From Acidimicrobiales bacterium (GTDB lineage: Bacteria; Actinomycetota; Acidimicrobiia; Acidimicrobiales; SZUA-35), in contig JAWKIN010000010.1 of the NCBI GenBank assembly GCA_041394345.1, positions 23,287 through 87,286 of the forward strand: a stretch of 64,000 nt of DNA, given 5' to 3'. How positions within the stretch are numbered: the first letter of the stretch is position 1; each line of letters begins with the position of its first letter. Shown here one piece after another: positions 38,230 to 47,724 of this stretch. The translations under genes were made by a program, and so were the position numbers. The notes beneath the pieces were generated by a model. The model did no database searches. It saw nothing but the letters and a program-made list of their open reading frames with translations, and had not been told where the DNA came from.

Positions 38230-38955
38230 TCAGCCGACGAGCACGATCTTGGCCATTGCGGCGATGGCCGAGATCGAGCACGCCACTAACACCACCGTGC
38301 GTAGCCGCTGGTCAAACCAGGGGACGAGCCGGGGCGCAACCAACATGCCGGCGAGTGCGGGTAGGGCAAGCGCCGATCCGGTCCGCAGGTCGGCCGATGA
38401 GACTTGGCCGCTGAGCGCCAAGATGGCCAGGCTGATCGGGGAGCCCATCAGCATCAAGACCGAGACCGTTGACCGCAGCTGCGGGCCAGTCTCGTGTTGG
38501 TAGAGCAGACCGAGCGGTGGGCCACCGATACCGATGGCCGTGCCGAAGAGGCCCGACGCCACGCCGACGAGTGCCAGGTTGCGCTGCGACCGCGCTAATG
38601 GTGGGGCCCAGAAGCCCAGACCGATGGCGGCGAGCACGGTGAAGCCACCAGCGAGTGCCAATGTCGTAGACGACAGCACGCTCAACAAGAACACGGCAAT
38701 GCCCATTCCCGGGAATCGGCCCGCGGCGATCCAGCCGACCTCTCGCCACACCACCCCGTTCCAGTTGCGCCTGTCCATCACACACAAGTTGGTCGTGCCT
38801 GCGATGAGGGCCGACTGCGGGAGCAGATTGTCGTTGGCCAAAACGACTACCGGAAACGCGAGCGCAATCATGCCAAAGCCAATGATGCCTTGCATGATTG
38901 CGCCGAGGAAGATGGCGAGGGCCACCGCAACAAAGGCCCATCCGGTGATATGCAC
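38230..38955 (-). CDS. TauE/SafE family sulfite-exporter-like membrane protein
   Basis: Intact 241-aa polytopic ORF: FLGAIMQGIIGFGMIALAFPV..GIGGPPLGLLY. GTG start. Confidence 0.85.
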   Translation of the reverse strand: MHITGWAFVAVALAIFLGAIMQGIIGFGMIALAFPVVVLANDNLLPQSALIAGTTNLCVMDRRNWNGVVWREVGWIAAGRFPGMGIAVFLLSVLSSTTLALAGGFTVLAAIGLGFWAPPLARSQRNLALVGVASGLFGTAIGIGGPPLGLLYQHETGPQLRSTVSVLMLMGSPISLAILALSGQVSSADLRTGSALALPALAGMLVAPRLVPWFDQRLRTVVLVACSISAIAAMAKIVLVG

Positions 38956-38996
38956 ACGTGCTCCTTTGGTGCGAACCAGCTATGAGACGCTAGACC

Positions 38997-40064
38997 ATGG
39001 GGATGACTGACCCAACTTTTGAAACCATCCAACTTGCCGTTGCTGACCACATTGCCACCATCACGCTGAACCGACCAGACCAGCTCAATGCGTTTAACCT
39101 AACGATGATGCACGAACTGATCGACGCGTTCGACATCACCGACGCCAATGATGATGTGCGCGTCGTGGTCGTTACCGGTGCTGGTCGGGCGTTTTGTGCT
39201 GGGGCCGATCTGGCCGTTGCTGGGGGCGACACGTTCAACGCCGAGGCCCGTGGCCGAGACTCGATGGTCACAAATCGTGACGGCGGCGGTCGAGTTAGCA
39301 TGCGGATCTTTGACTCGCTGAAGCCGGTCATCGGTGCACTGAACGGGCACGCAGTCGGTGTCGGTATCACCATGACGCTGCCTATGGACGTGCGGTTTAT
39401 CGACGATTCAGCCAAGATCGGCTTCGTGTTCGCCCGTCGTGGCATCAGCCCTGAGGCCTGCTCGTCGTGGTTCCTGCCTCGCCTTGTCGGCATAAGCCAG
39501 GCGGCCGAATGGTGCATGACGGGGCGAGTATTCAGTGGCACAGAGGCGACGTCGGCGGGACTCGGTAAGGCGTGTGCGCCGGGCACGGCACTCGAGCGAG
39601 CCATGGAGCTCGCCCGCGAGATCGCCGTTCATTCGGCCCCTGTCTCGGCCTCGGTCAGTCGCCGCTTGCTCTGGCAGGGGCTCACCTTCGATCACCCGAT
39701 GGAAGCCCACCGGGCCGACAGCCGGGCGATCCAAGCGCTTGGCTCGAAGGCCGATGCCAAAGAAGGCGTGTCGAGCTTCCTGGAGAAGCGGGATCCCGAG
39801 TGGTCGATGAAGGTGTCGGAAGATTCGCCCGACCTTTTCCCGTTTGTCGCTGAGCGATTCTTCGTAGGCGGCTTGGCTGACCGGCCGATCGGGCGATCGG
39901 TCGGTCAACCCGGCGCGTTGATCAAGACGAGTCCGTTGGCAACGGCAAAGCTGGCGGCGGCTGCACGGTTGGGGACACCGACTGTTTGGAAGATCGATTC
40001 GAGGTGGGTCGCCACGGTTCGGCGCTGGATGCCCAGTCGCTCGGCGATCGAGACGTTGTTGTAA
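38997..40064 (+). CDS. Enoyl-CoA hydratase/isomerase (crotonase) family protein; the 3' end probably over-extended
   Basis: IATITLNRPDQLNAF..VVVVTGAGRAFCAGADL..GALNGHAVGVGITMTLPMDVRF..KEGVSSFLEKRDPEW. The crotonase fold is complete by about 39850. The last 60 or so codons run antisense over a LuxR HTH and look like read-through. Confidence 0.85.
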   Translation: MGMTDPTFETIQLAVADHIATITLNRPDQLNAFNLTMMHELIDAFDITDANDDVRVVVVTGAGRAFCAGADLAVAGGDTFNAEARGRDSMVTNRDGGGRVSMRIFDSLKPVIGALNGHAVGVGITMTLPMDVRFIDDSAKIGFVFARRGISPEACSSWFLPRLVGISQAAEWCMTGRVFSGTEATSAGLGKACAPGTALERAMELAREIAVHSAPVSASVSRRLLWQGLTFDHPMEAHRADSRAIQALGSKADAKEGVSSFLEKRDPEWSMKVSEDSPDLFPFVAERFFVGGLADRPIGRSVGQPGALIKTSPLATAKLAAAARLGTPTVWKIDSRWVATVRRWMPSRSAIETLL

Positions 40065-40130
40065 CCCTCGGAGACAAGGGTGAGGACCTCGAGCTCGCGA
40101 CGGGTGAGGTCAAATAACCTAGCGATGTTG
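39905..40130 (-). pseudogene. LuxR-type HTH C-terminal domain without an in-frame start (fragment or frame-broken regulator)
   Basis: My translation of the minus strand gives LFDLTRRELEVLTLVSEGYNNVSIAERLGIQRRTVATHLESIFQTVGVPNRAAAASFAVANGLVLINAPG, with a stop at 39905..39907. It is not in the ORF track because there is no start codon in this frame after the upstream stop. Confidence 0.6.
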
Positions 40131-40289
40131 CTGACGCCGGGTTTCTTGTTAGTATCTCGCCACCGGAGTTCGCTTCGGAGGGTGTGAATGGGGAGAGTCG
40201 CCCCTTCTCATTCGCACCCGCTTTCTCTTCAGCAGGCCCTGCATCAGATAGCGTCGAGACGATGAAACGCTCTCCGCGATCCACCGACC

Positions 40290-41063
40290 GAGGCCCCCAG
40301 CGCCAACATCGCATCGCCATTTTGGGGCGACCAAGGCCGGCCTGGCGATGGCCGCCAGGCTGCGAGCCGCCGACTACCGAAACATGGTCATTTCGATCCT
40401 GGGCCCGCGCCATCGGCCGGTTCGCCGCTCGCCGTTGTTCGCTACGATTCCCCCTGTCGATGTCGTCGCCTACCAGCCGTCGGGTACGGCCTGGACGCTC
40501 GATGTCGGTGAGCCGTTTCGGGCTGACGTCGTGATCTGTGCGATGCATGAGTTTGCCGACGACGAATGGGACCCCGCCACCGTCGGTGGTGCGAGGCGCT
40601 ATCTGCAGAACGAGCGGGACACGACGCCGATTTTCGAGCTCGGAGACCGCTTATTTTTGCCCCTGTTCGGGTCACGGGGCGTAACGGCATCACGCTCGAA
40701 CAGGCGTGGGCCGGCGGCGCTGTCAGCCATCTCGGGCTTGCCGTGCCGGGCTTTCCAAACTTCTTCCTACTTGCTGGGCCAAACACTCGACTCGCCCACA
40801 ACCCCATGAAGCTGCTGGTCGACGCCCAGATCGGCGCCATCGTCTCGTTACTTCACACGCTCGATGCCAGGCAGGCCGACGAGGTCGAGGTGTCTCGCGG
40901 TGGCCTCGGCATCGTATGCCGCGGTTCAGAAGCAGTTCAGCGATGGACGAAACGACTGTGTGTGGCCGGGCTCAACCTTGTCGTACCTCTGGCACTGCAA
41001 GCGGCTATCGCCAAAACAGTTCTGTTTCGGGCAGCGCCCGCCCACATCGGACCGACAAATTAG
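40290..41063 (+). pseudogene. Relic of a flavin-dependent (Baeyer-Villiger type) monooxygenase; truncated and frame-broken
   Basis: AGLAMAARLRAADYRN (FAD-binding-like N-terminus), RADVVICA, GRNGITLEQAWAGGAVSHLGLAVPGFPNFFLLAGPNT in 40348..40809 and 40566..41063. Only about 0.8 kb remains, where about 1.5 kb is expected. Confidence 0.6.
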
Positions 41064-41133
41064 CTCAGGTCGAGATCAAACAGTGCCGATGCGCTAGCAA
41101 CCAACTCGGTTGACTGTCTCGGAGGAAATTCGC

Positions 41134-41364
41134 ATGGAACGTTCTGTCGTTCAAATTGCGTGTATTCGCATTCGTGACGCTGTCGTTGGTGATGTTGTGA
41201 ACCGTGACCCAGACTCGAATCGAGGCTGGTTCGAAATCGATGGCATCGAGCCGCTCCACGATGGCAGTTGGGCACTCCTCAACCAGGTCACGAATACGTC
41301 GATTACCGGTACCCCGGTCGACATTATCGGCATACAGGTGTTGAAAACCGCAACGTTTAGCTGA
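41134..41364 (+). CDS. Hypothetical small protein (76 aa)
   Basis: ATG 41134 is preceded by ggagga 7 nt upstream. MERSVVQIACIRIRDAVVGDVV..GWFEIDG.. No family recognised. The locally lower GC was judged by eye. Confidence 0.4.
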   Translation: MERSVVQIACIRIRDAVVGDVVNRDPDSNRGWFEIDGIEPLHDGSWALLNQVTNTSITGTPVDIIGIQVLKTATFS

Positions 41365-41376
41365 TACAGACAGACG

Positions 41377-41677
41377 GTGATTCGTCTACTCCGTTCTGTC
41401 TCGTTGGTCGAGGCCACCAGTTATCTTCTGCTGGTCGTGGCCACGATCGTGAAGTACACCGCCGACAACGAGCGAGGAGTGCAGCTGATCGGACCCGTTC
41501 ATGGCGTGCTGTTTCTCGTTTACGCCGCGCTTCATCCTGATAACCATGGCCGACCTCGGTTGGAGCTGGAAGCGGGTGTTCACCGCCATGCTGCTCGGAT
41601 CGTTGCCCTTTGGTGGGTTCTACGTCGAGCGCAACTGGCTACGGCAAGCAGCCAACGTGAGCCAGGGCAAGTCGTAA
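41377..41677 (+). CDS. DUF3817-like small integral membrane protein, one frame break near 41535
   Basis: LLRSVSLVEATSYLLLVVATIVKY..GPVHGVLFLVYAAL, then GWSWKRVFTAMLLGSLPFGGFYVERNWL in a second frame. Stop TAA at 41675..41677. Confidence 0.7.
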
Positions 41678-41697
41678 CAGGCGGTCGTGACCGCCGG

Positions 41698-42192
41698 TCA
41701 TCTCGCTTCGGACCCGGGACTGTTGGCCTCTTCGGGGGTGAGCCACGCAATGTCGAGCGCCGATTGCGAGGGCTCGCAGTCGCCATCGACGGGCACGACA
41801 TACGCCAAGCTGACGGCATGTTGGCGCGGGTCGTGGAAGCCCGAGATCGACGGATCGGGGAAGTACTCGGCCACGGTGAACGGGGTCGGGTTTGGTGGCA
41901 CTCGGGGAAGAGCGAGCGGGCCGAGGTCCTTTTCGAGGTGACGCAGAAGCGCGCCCCGAACGCGTTCCTGATACAGCACCCGCCCGCTGACGAACGCCCG
42001 GCTGATCGTCCCGTCCGGCATTGCCTGGAGAAGCAAGCCAACATGGCTTACTTCTCCTGAGCTGCCAACGAGCACGGGCACGGCATCGACATAAAGCACG
42101 GGCATCCGGCCCCGAACAACGTCCATCTCGCTGTCGCTTAGCCAACCGGGTTTGGTTTCGGTCAGGTCCGTGAGGTCGGTTGCGTCCGTCAT
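41698..42192 (-). CDS. NUDIX-fold/DUF4916-like protein
   Basis: Intact 164 aa: PVLYVDAVPVLV..VGLLL..RAFVSGRVLYQERVRGALLRHLEKDLG. The family assignment is tentative. Confidence 0.55.
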   Translation of the reverse strand: MTDATDLTDLTETKPGWLSDSEMDVVRGRMPVLYVDAVPVLVGSSGEVSHVGLLLQAMPDGTISRAFVSGRVLYQERVRGALLRHLEKDLGPLALPRVPPNPTPFTVAEYFPDPSISGFHDPRQHAVSLAYVVPVDGDCEPSQSALDIAWLTPEEANSPGSEAR

Positions 42193-42230
42193 GGTGTCCG
42201 ATCTTAACGGCGACTCGTCTAGGGCGATGC

Positions 42231-43250
42231 ATGTGTGCCACGATCCAGCGTGTGGAACATCTCCTCCGCCGCCTACGAACCGTTCCCAGCGCGCTGACCT
42301 TCGGCATCGTGATGTCAGTGACGTTTCCCGTCTGGCTTCCGCTCGTCGTCGTCTTCGATCTGCTGACGGTCGGTCGGCGGCTCCCGGCCGCCCGCCTGAT
42401 GGTCTTCACTACCTATTTCGCGCTGTGCGAGATGTTTGCGATCGTGACGGCAATTGGGCTGTGGGTTGTGTCGGGTTTCGGCCGTCTTCGCTTGCGCTCG
42501 GCCTACGTCTGGATCCAAGCGACCTGGCTCTGGTGGCTGATGCTTGGGGCGCGGGCACTCCTCGGTGTACGGGTCGAGGGGACGGGTCCGTTGCCCCTGC
42601 CATCGGGCAACGTGGTGGTGTTGAGTAGGCACACGAGCCTGGCTGACACCGTGCTACCCGGGCACCTCTTGCTCAAGTTGTCGTCGCGGTCTGCGCACTA
42701 CGTGTTGAAGCGCGAACTCCAGTGGCTGCCAAGTCTCGACTTGTATGGACATCGGCTTGGCAATCTTTTCGTGGTTCGCGGCGGCAACACCGAACACGAG
42801 TTGCAGCTCATCAACGACCTTGGTGTGCAGGCCGCCCCGGACGCGGGGCTGGTGATCTTCCCGGAAGGCACCTTCAACACGGTGGCCAAGCGGGCGCAGG
42901 TGGTGGCGTCGTTACGGTCGTCGGGCCGTGATGATCTTGCCGACTACGCGGCGTCGCTCCGGCATCTATTGCCGCCAAAACCTGCGGGGACGCTCGCCCT
43001 CCTCGATTCACAACCCACCGCTGACGTCGTCGTTCTTGGTCATATTGGGCTCGATGGTTTGTCTGAGCCTGGCGCGCTGCGAGCGATGCTGCCACTGAGC
43101 GAACCGGTCCGGCTTCAATGGTGGACCCACTCACGACAAGAAGTCGACAACTACCCCGGCGGTCCCGAAGCCTGGCTTCGTGATCGTTGGGTGGAGCTGG
43201 ACGAGTGGATCGCTGCTGGTCTGGCCGAGACGAACCCACCGCGCCACTAG
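42231..43250 (+). CDS. Lysophospholipid/glycerol-3-phosphate acyltransferase family protein (PlsC-like)
   Basis: N-terminal TM helices, then VVVLSRHTSLADT (HX4D block) and GLVIFPEGTF. The stop shares a CTAG with the convergent MFS gene stop. Confidence 0.8.
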   Translation: MCATIQRVEHLLRRLRTVPSALTFGIVMSVTFPVWLPLVVVFDLLTVGRRLPAARLMVFTTYFALCEMFAIVTAIGLWVVSGFGRLRLRSAYVWIQATWLWWLMLGARALLGVRVEGTGPLPLPSGNVVVLSRHTSLADTVLPGHLLLKLSSRSAHYVLKRELQWLPSLDLYGHRLGNLFVVRGGNTEHELQLINDLGVQAAPDAGLVIFPEGTFNTVAKRAQVVASLRSSGRDDLADYAASLRHLLPPKPAGTLALLDSQPTADVVVLGHIGLDGLSEPGALRAMLPLSEPVRLQWWTHSRQEVDNYPGGPEAWLRDRWVELDEWIAAGLAETNPPRH

Positions 43251-44938
43251 TCGAGTCGGCGGGCCATCTCGGCCTCGGCCCTGGCCAGGGCGCGAGGCAC
43301 GCCGGTTACCGCTCCGAGGAAGACCTCCCGATCGATCGAGTACGCCGACATACCGGCAGGGCCAGCCTCAACAGTGGCCGATCTCGGACAGTTGCGCAGG
43401 ATCGCGATCTCGCCCATGTAGGCGCCAACGCCGCGCTCAAACCGGGTTCCGTCGGCGAGAATGACCTGAACCGTTCCCGCCCCGACGATGTAGATCGTCT
43501 CGCCGGGCTCGCCGATGGTCATCAACCGCTCGCCGGGATCGAGACTGACGTGACCCGTGTGGGCAACGAGCTGTTCGAGCGTGTAGGCCGGCAATGGGGC
43601 AAAGATTGGCACCGAGCGGAGAAGTCGCAGCAAGCTAGGGTCGAGCGGCTTGCGGTTTGCGTCAATGGCGGCGAGGGTCGGACCCAGCCCGAGGGCGAAA
43701 GCCATCGCTAACAGGCCAAGAAGAACGAGCGTGGTGTCGAAGTCGGTGAGTCCGACCAGGGCCGAGACGGCGAGCCCACCCGCTGCCATGCCGAGCATCT
43801 CCAGGCTTTCGACGAGACCGAAGATTCGACCGATGGTGTCGGTCGGCGTAAGGCCTTGGATGAGTGTCTGGCATGCGACTTGGCTACAAGCCATCGCCCC
43901 GCCGATGAGTGCGAGGAGGGCGAGCGTCACCGGTGTCGACCGCGAAAGGCCGAGCCCAACGATGCCGACCGCCGCGGCGAGAACCGTCGTGACGACGGCG
44001 AGGCCGAGGCGCCGCCGGCCGACGAGCAGCATCGCCAACCCAGCACCACCAACACCACCGGCGCCCAAGGCCCCGGCCAGCAGCCCGACGGAGGCTTCGT
44101 GGCGACCCAACAGTTGCACGGCGATGGCCGCAAGGGAAACGTCGATCGCGCCGAGGAGGAGCGCCAGGATGGCGATGATGAGCGCAACACGTAAGGCGGC
44201 GTTGCTGCCTCGAAGCTGAGCAATGCCGTGGCGAAGAGCCAGGCCGGCACTCGGTGTTATGAAGTCGTCGTCGGTAGCTGGTCGGCGTGGTAGCCGAACG
44301 GTCGCCGCAACTGCTGCGCCAATGATCGCAATAAGCGCGGCCGCGCCGAGGGCGTCGGCAACCGGTCGAACGCTAAGCATGAGCCCAACGAGAATCGGTC
44401 CCGCAAGGGCGCCCGTTGTCTCGGCGAAACCCATCGCGACGCGGGCCGCCGTTAGCTGATCGGCTGTTTCGGCGACCAGGGGGAGCCTCGACGCCATGGT
44501 GGGTCGGGCGAAGCTCTCGAGTGCCGTGGCGGCCGCGGCCGATCCATAGAACAGCGCACTAGGCCAGTTGAAGCCGACGGACACTGCGCACAACGCGAGC
44601 GTTGCGCCCACGGCCGAAAGGCCCCATGCCATGACGGGGCGATCGGGGTAGCGATCTGGTGTCACCGCCAGGAACGGGGCCAACACAATTGAGCCGACGA
44701 GCAGGCCGCTTGCTGCCAGCCCAACGTGGCCAACGCCTCCACGCTGGTAGGCGACCAAGAGCATGGCGATCCACGCTGCTTGTTCGGCAATGCTGAACAT
44801 GAGAAACGCAAAGAGGACACGGCGGATGGAAGGATCGCGAAGAACTGTCTTCGTGACATCAATGGGTATGGCCCTCACCACAGCGACTGTAGACGGTTGG
44901 CCGCGATGACGCCCGAAGACACTGGTCGCGGAATTCAT
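43247..44938 (-). CDS. MFS transporter fused to a C-terminal cyclic-nucleotide-binding domain
   Basis: Intact 563 aa: about 12 hydrophobic helices, then LLRSVPIFAPLPAYTLEQLV..GEPGETIYIVGAGTV..GAYMGEIAILRNCPRSATVEA (cNMP-binding beta-roll with the characteristic GE..A....RSA). Confidence 0.85.
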   Translation of the reverse strand: MNSATSVFGRHRGQPSTVAVVRAIPIDVTKTVLRDPSIRRVLFAFLMFSIAEQAAWIAMLLVAYQRGGVGHVGLAASGLLVGSIVLAPFLAVTPDRYPDRPVMAWGLSAVGATLALCAVSVGFNWPSALFYGSAAAATALESFARPTMASRLPLVAETADQLTAARVAMGFAETTGALAGPILVGLMLSVRPVADALGAAALIAIIGAAVAATVRLPRRPATDDDFITPSAGLALRHGIAQLRGSNAALRVALIIAILALLLGAIDVSLAAIAVQLLGRHEASVGLLAGALGAGGVGGAGLAMLLVGRRRLGLAVVTTVLAAAVGIVGLGLSRSTPVTLALLALIGGAMACSQVACQTLIQGLTPTDTIGRIFGLVESLEMLGMAAGGLAVSALVGLTDFDTTLVLLGLLAMAFALGLGPTLAAIDANRKPLDPSLLRLLRSVPIFAPLPAYTLEQLVAHTGHVSLDPGERLMTIGEPGETIYIVGAGTVQVILADGTRFERGVGAYMGEIAILRNCPRSATVEAGPAGMSAYSIDREVFLGAVTGVPRALARAEAEMARRLD

Positions 44939-44973
44939 TTGCGAGGTCGTGCTGTGGCGAGCAAGATCGACCG

Positions 44974-45482
44974 ATGCATCTCACTGATGTAGAACTCGTC
45001 CTCGACCGCCGACTGACGACGACGCAGGCGATTGCCGATGCCGTTTGTTTGTCGTACGAGCGGCACCGTGGCTGGTGTGGGCGAAGCTGCTACGGTCCAG
45101 CTGATGCCCTCGCGTGGATTGCCGGCGACTTTGGTGCCGTCCATTCGTTCGTGATCGTCGATCCCAGCGGACGCCTCGTCGGCACCTGCGGTCTGAACGA
45201 TCATGACGTGGCCAACAAGCGGCCAACCTCGCTACTGGTTACGGACCGACGCCACTGGATACGGCTACGCCAATGTGCCACGCGCCTCGTTGCGAACTTC
45301 GGCATCGAGCTTGCGAAATACCGCCGTCTCGAGATCGTTGTGGCTGTGGGGAACGAGAAGAGTCGGAGGGTGCGGCGCCTGGGAGCGACAGCATTAGTGG
45401 CGTAGCCCGAAGCTGCATCCTGCACGACGGTGTGTCGCTCGACGCGCATATCTTCAGCATCGTGGCAGGCGACCGTGAATGA
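44974..45482 (+). CDS. GNAT family N-acetyltransferase (RimJ/RimL-like), at least 2 frame breaks
   Basis: FVIVDPSGRLVGTCGLN.. in 44974..45405; GYGYA-type segment in 45203..45397; RLEIVVAVGNEKSRRV; C-terminus in 45273..45482. Confidence 0.65.
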
Positions 45483-45514
45483 GCCGACGGGGCAGGGTGG
45501 CGTACGCAGAGCCG

Positions 45515-46678
45515 TTACCAGCAGCGCAGCGTCGTGAGATAGAGCACCAGAACGGGCCGAGCCTCAAAGCGGCGGCGGCAAGGAGCGGCGCCACGAGAAA
45601 CGAGACCTCGCGCCAGGTGGAAAACACCGTGGTCAGCGGCGGTCCGTTCGCGAGGCTTGACCATACGCATGAACGGAATGTTGCCGAGCACATCGACTGC
45701 GGCGCCGCCAACGGCGGCTGCGAGCCAGAATACGAGGCTGATTGGCGAAGTCGCTTGACTAGGCGACGCCGACCATGCACACGGCGATGAAGAGAAGTGC
45801 ACCGACGATCGTCGATCGAGAACCGTAACGATCGGCGATTCGGCGTATGACCGGGCTGAGAAGCAGCATGGCGCTCGCAATGGAGAGGAAGCTTCCAGCC
45901 ACCCACGCCGGAAGCCCCGCCTCAATGACATAAATGGGTCCGTAGATGAATAGCACCGCCCAGAACACGGCTCGGCTGACCGTGATGCCGTAGGCGATTC
46001 TGAGATGCCGCTGTCCGATGAAGCGCACAACGTTGGCTGCGGGGCTGGTGACCTCGCTTACTGGCCCGAGCAGGACGGGGTTCCGATGCAGCCGAAGTCG
46101 CCAGAAATACCAGGCCGCGCCGGCTGTGGTGGTGAGAGCCGAGAGGTAGAACGGGCGCTGACATACCCCGCATCCCAGAGCCAGACGCCGATGAACGGAC
46201 CCAAGCAGCCATGCGGCACCGCTGTAGACGATTCGGCGAGACTCAATATCGGTCAGTTGTCGCTTGCCGATGTAGTCCATGATGTAGAGCGACAAACAGA
46301 CCGAAAAAAGCGATGCCTGGGTCGATCGCATGCCGATCGCCAGAGCGAAGAGGGCGCCGTCGGCGACGGTGAAAAGCAGTGCGGCGGCGACGAGCATCAG
46401 GGAGGACAGCGTCATCACCCATCGACGTTGCATGAGCGCTTCTGAGCCGACCGACATTGAGCGTGAACGCCAGCGTCACCACGGCGCCGCCAAAGAAAAA
46501 CGTAGGAGACCGCCGCCTTCGACCCGAGTGCATCAAGTGCCGTGAGCGGTATGACACCGACCATCAGGCTGCGGGCAAACCTCGAAGCCGCTGAAAGGAG
46601 CTCGGTGCCAGCTTGGGCATCGATCTTTGGTTCAGACCTCAGGCTGACGCCAACGCATAATCGAACGTTAGCGAGCAT
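45515..46678 (-). CDS. MFS transporter, at least 3 frame breaks
   Basis: Hydrophobic helices spread over minus ORFs 46415..46798 (from MLANVRL at 46678), 45759..46457, 45515..46030 and 45454..45906. No substrate is inferable. Confidence 0.65.
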
Positions 46679-46733
46679 TAGTGTAGTACGAATCAGACCC
46701 CCGAATGCGAGGGTCTGATTCGTACGTGTGTGA

Positions 46734-47547
46734 CTACTCGAACGACGAGATCCAGTCCAGTTCGGCCTGGCGGTCGATACGGAAGACGCCGCCCACACCG
46801 GCGCAGTTGCCGTTCAGACCAAACGAGGTGACAGCAAGCAGGGTGTCGCCGACGAGAGTTGGCCCGCCGGAGTCGCCAAAGCATGTACCGCCGTGCTTGG
46901 CGTCGCCGCTCAGCATCATGGAGTTGCTATCGGGGAGATTGCCGATTCCGGCCGCGCCTCGCGTGTTGACGATCATCAACTCGGCTTGGTAGCGGGTTTT
47001 GGCGGCGACCGTCTTCTCCGGCTTCACGGGGTTAGACGATGCTGCCTGGAGCCCGTAGCCGACGACGGTTACCGAATTGTTCTTCCGGCCATTGGCCAGA
47101 GTGTCGACGAAGCCCGCCGATGGGAGGCTGGCGTATTCCGAGAGGATGACTGGTTCGTCGAGCTTGACCACGCCGAGGTCGTACAGGTAGAACGCGTCGG
47201 GGTCGAACAAAGGATGGACATAGGTCGTGCCGTGGGTCGAGGCGTCGTAGGGACCGAACGGATATCCGAAGACCGCTGGATCCGGTTCGAGGTCGCTCTG
47301 GAAGAAGACCTCGGCCGATGCCGCGGGGGACTCAGTGCAGTGCCCGGCCGTCACAAAGACGGTTGGCGAGATAAGTGTGCCGGTGCAACGCCAGAGTGGC
47401 GCGCCATCGGCGTCGAGTGCGAGCATGAGCCCGACGTATGGGTGGTCATCGCCGTCGAGCGTGCCCCCACGGGTGATCGCACCCGCTGATGTGGCCGCCA
47501 GGCTGGCGAGGACTACGGCAGTAAGTAGTGCCAGAAGTCGTTTCCAT
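46734..47547 (-). CDS. Secreted trypsin-like (S1) serine protease; start codon out of frame by one base
   Basis: TGTLISPTVFVTAGHC (His), GDSGGP (Ser), signal-like KRLLALLTAVVLASLAATSAGA. ggagaagaac ATG at 47547 is +1 relative to the ORF frame (ATGGAAACGA). Confidence 0.85.
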
Positions 47548-47724
47548 GTTCTTCTCCGCTCCGTTGTTGGGTTGCTTGGACCAAATATGGTCGCCCGACC
47601 GAACACTAGTGATCGTGACCAAACGTGTCCACCAAAAACACTCGGTGAGTTCGGATGGTTACGACGCCGCGGGCCCCGCTGTGTCGTTGCGTCGTTGACC
47701 CAGGAGATCAAGCTCGCTCGGCGG

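Noticed and set aside
41228-41238. tRNA T-arm-like ggttcgaaatc.
   Set aside because: The flanking bases do not form a T-stem or acceptor stem. The sequence lies inside a plausible small ORF (GWFEIDG).
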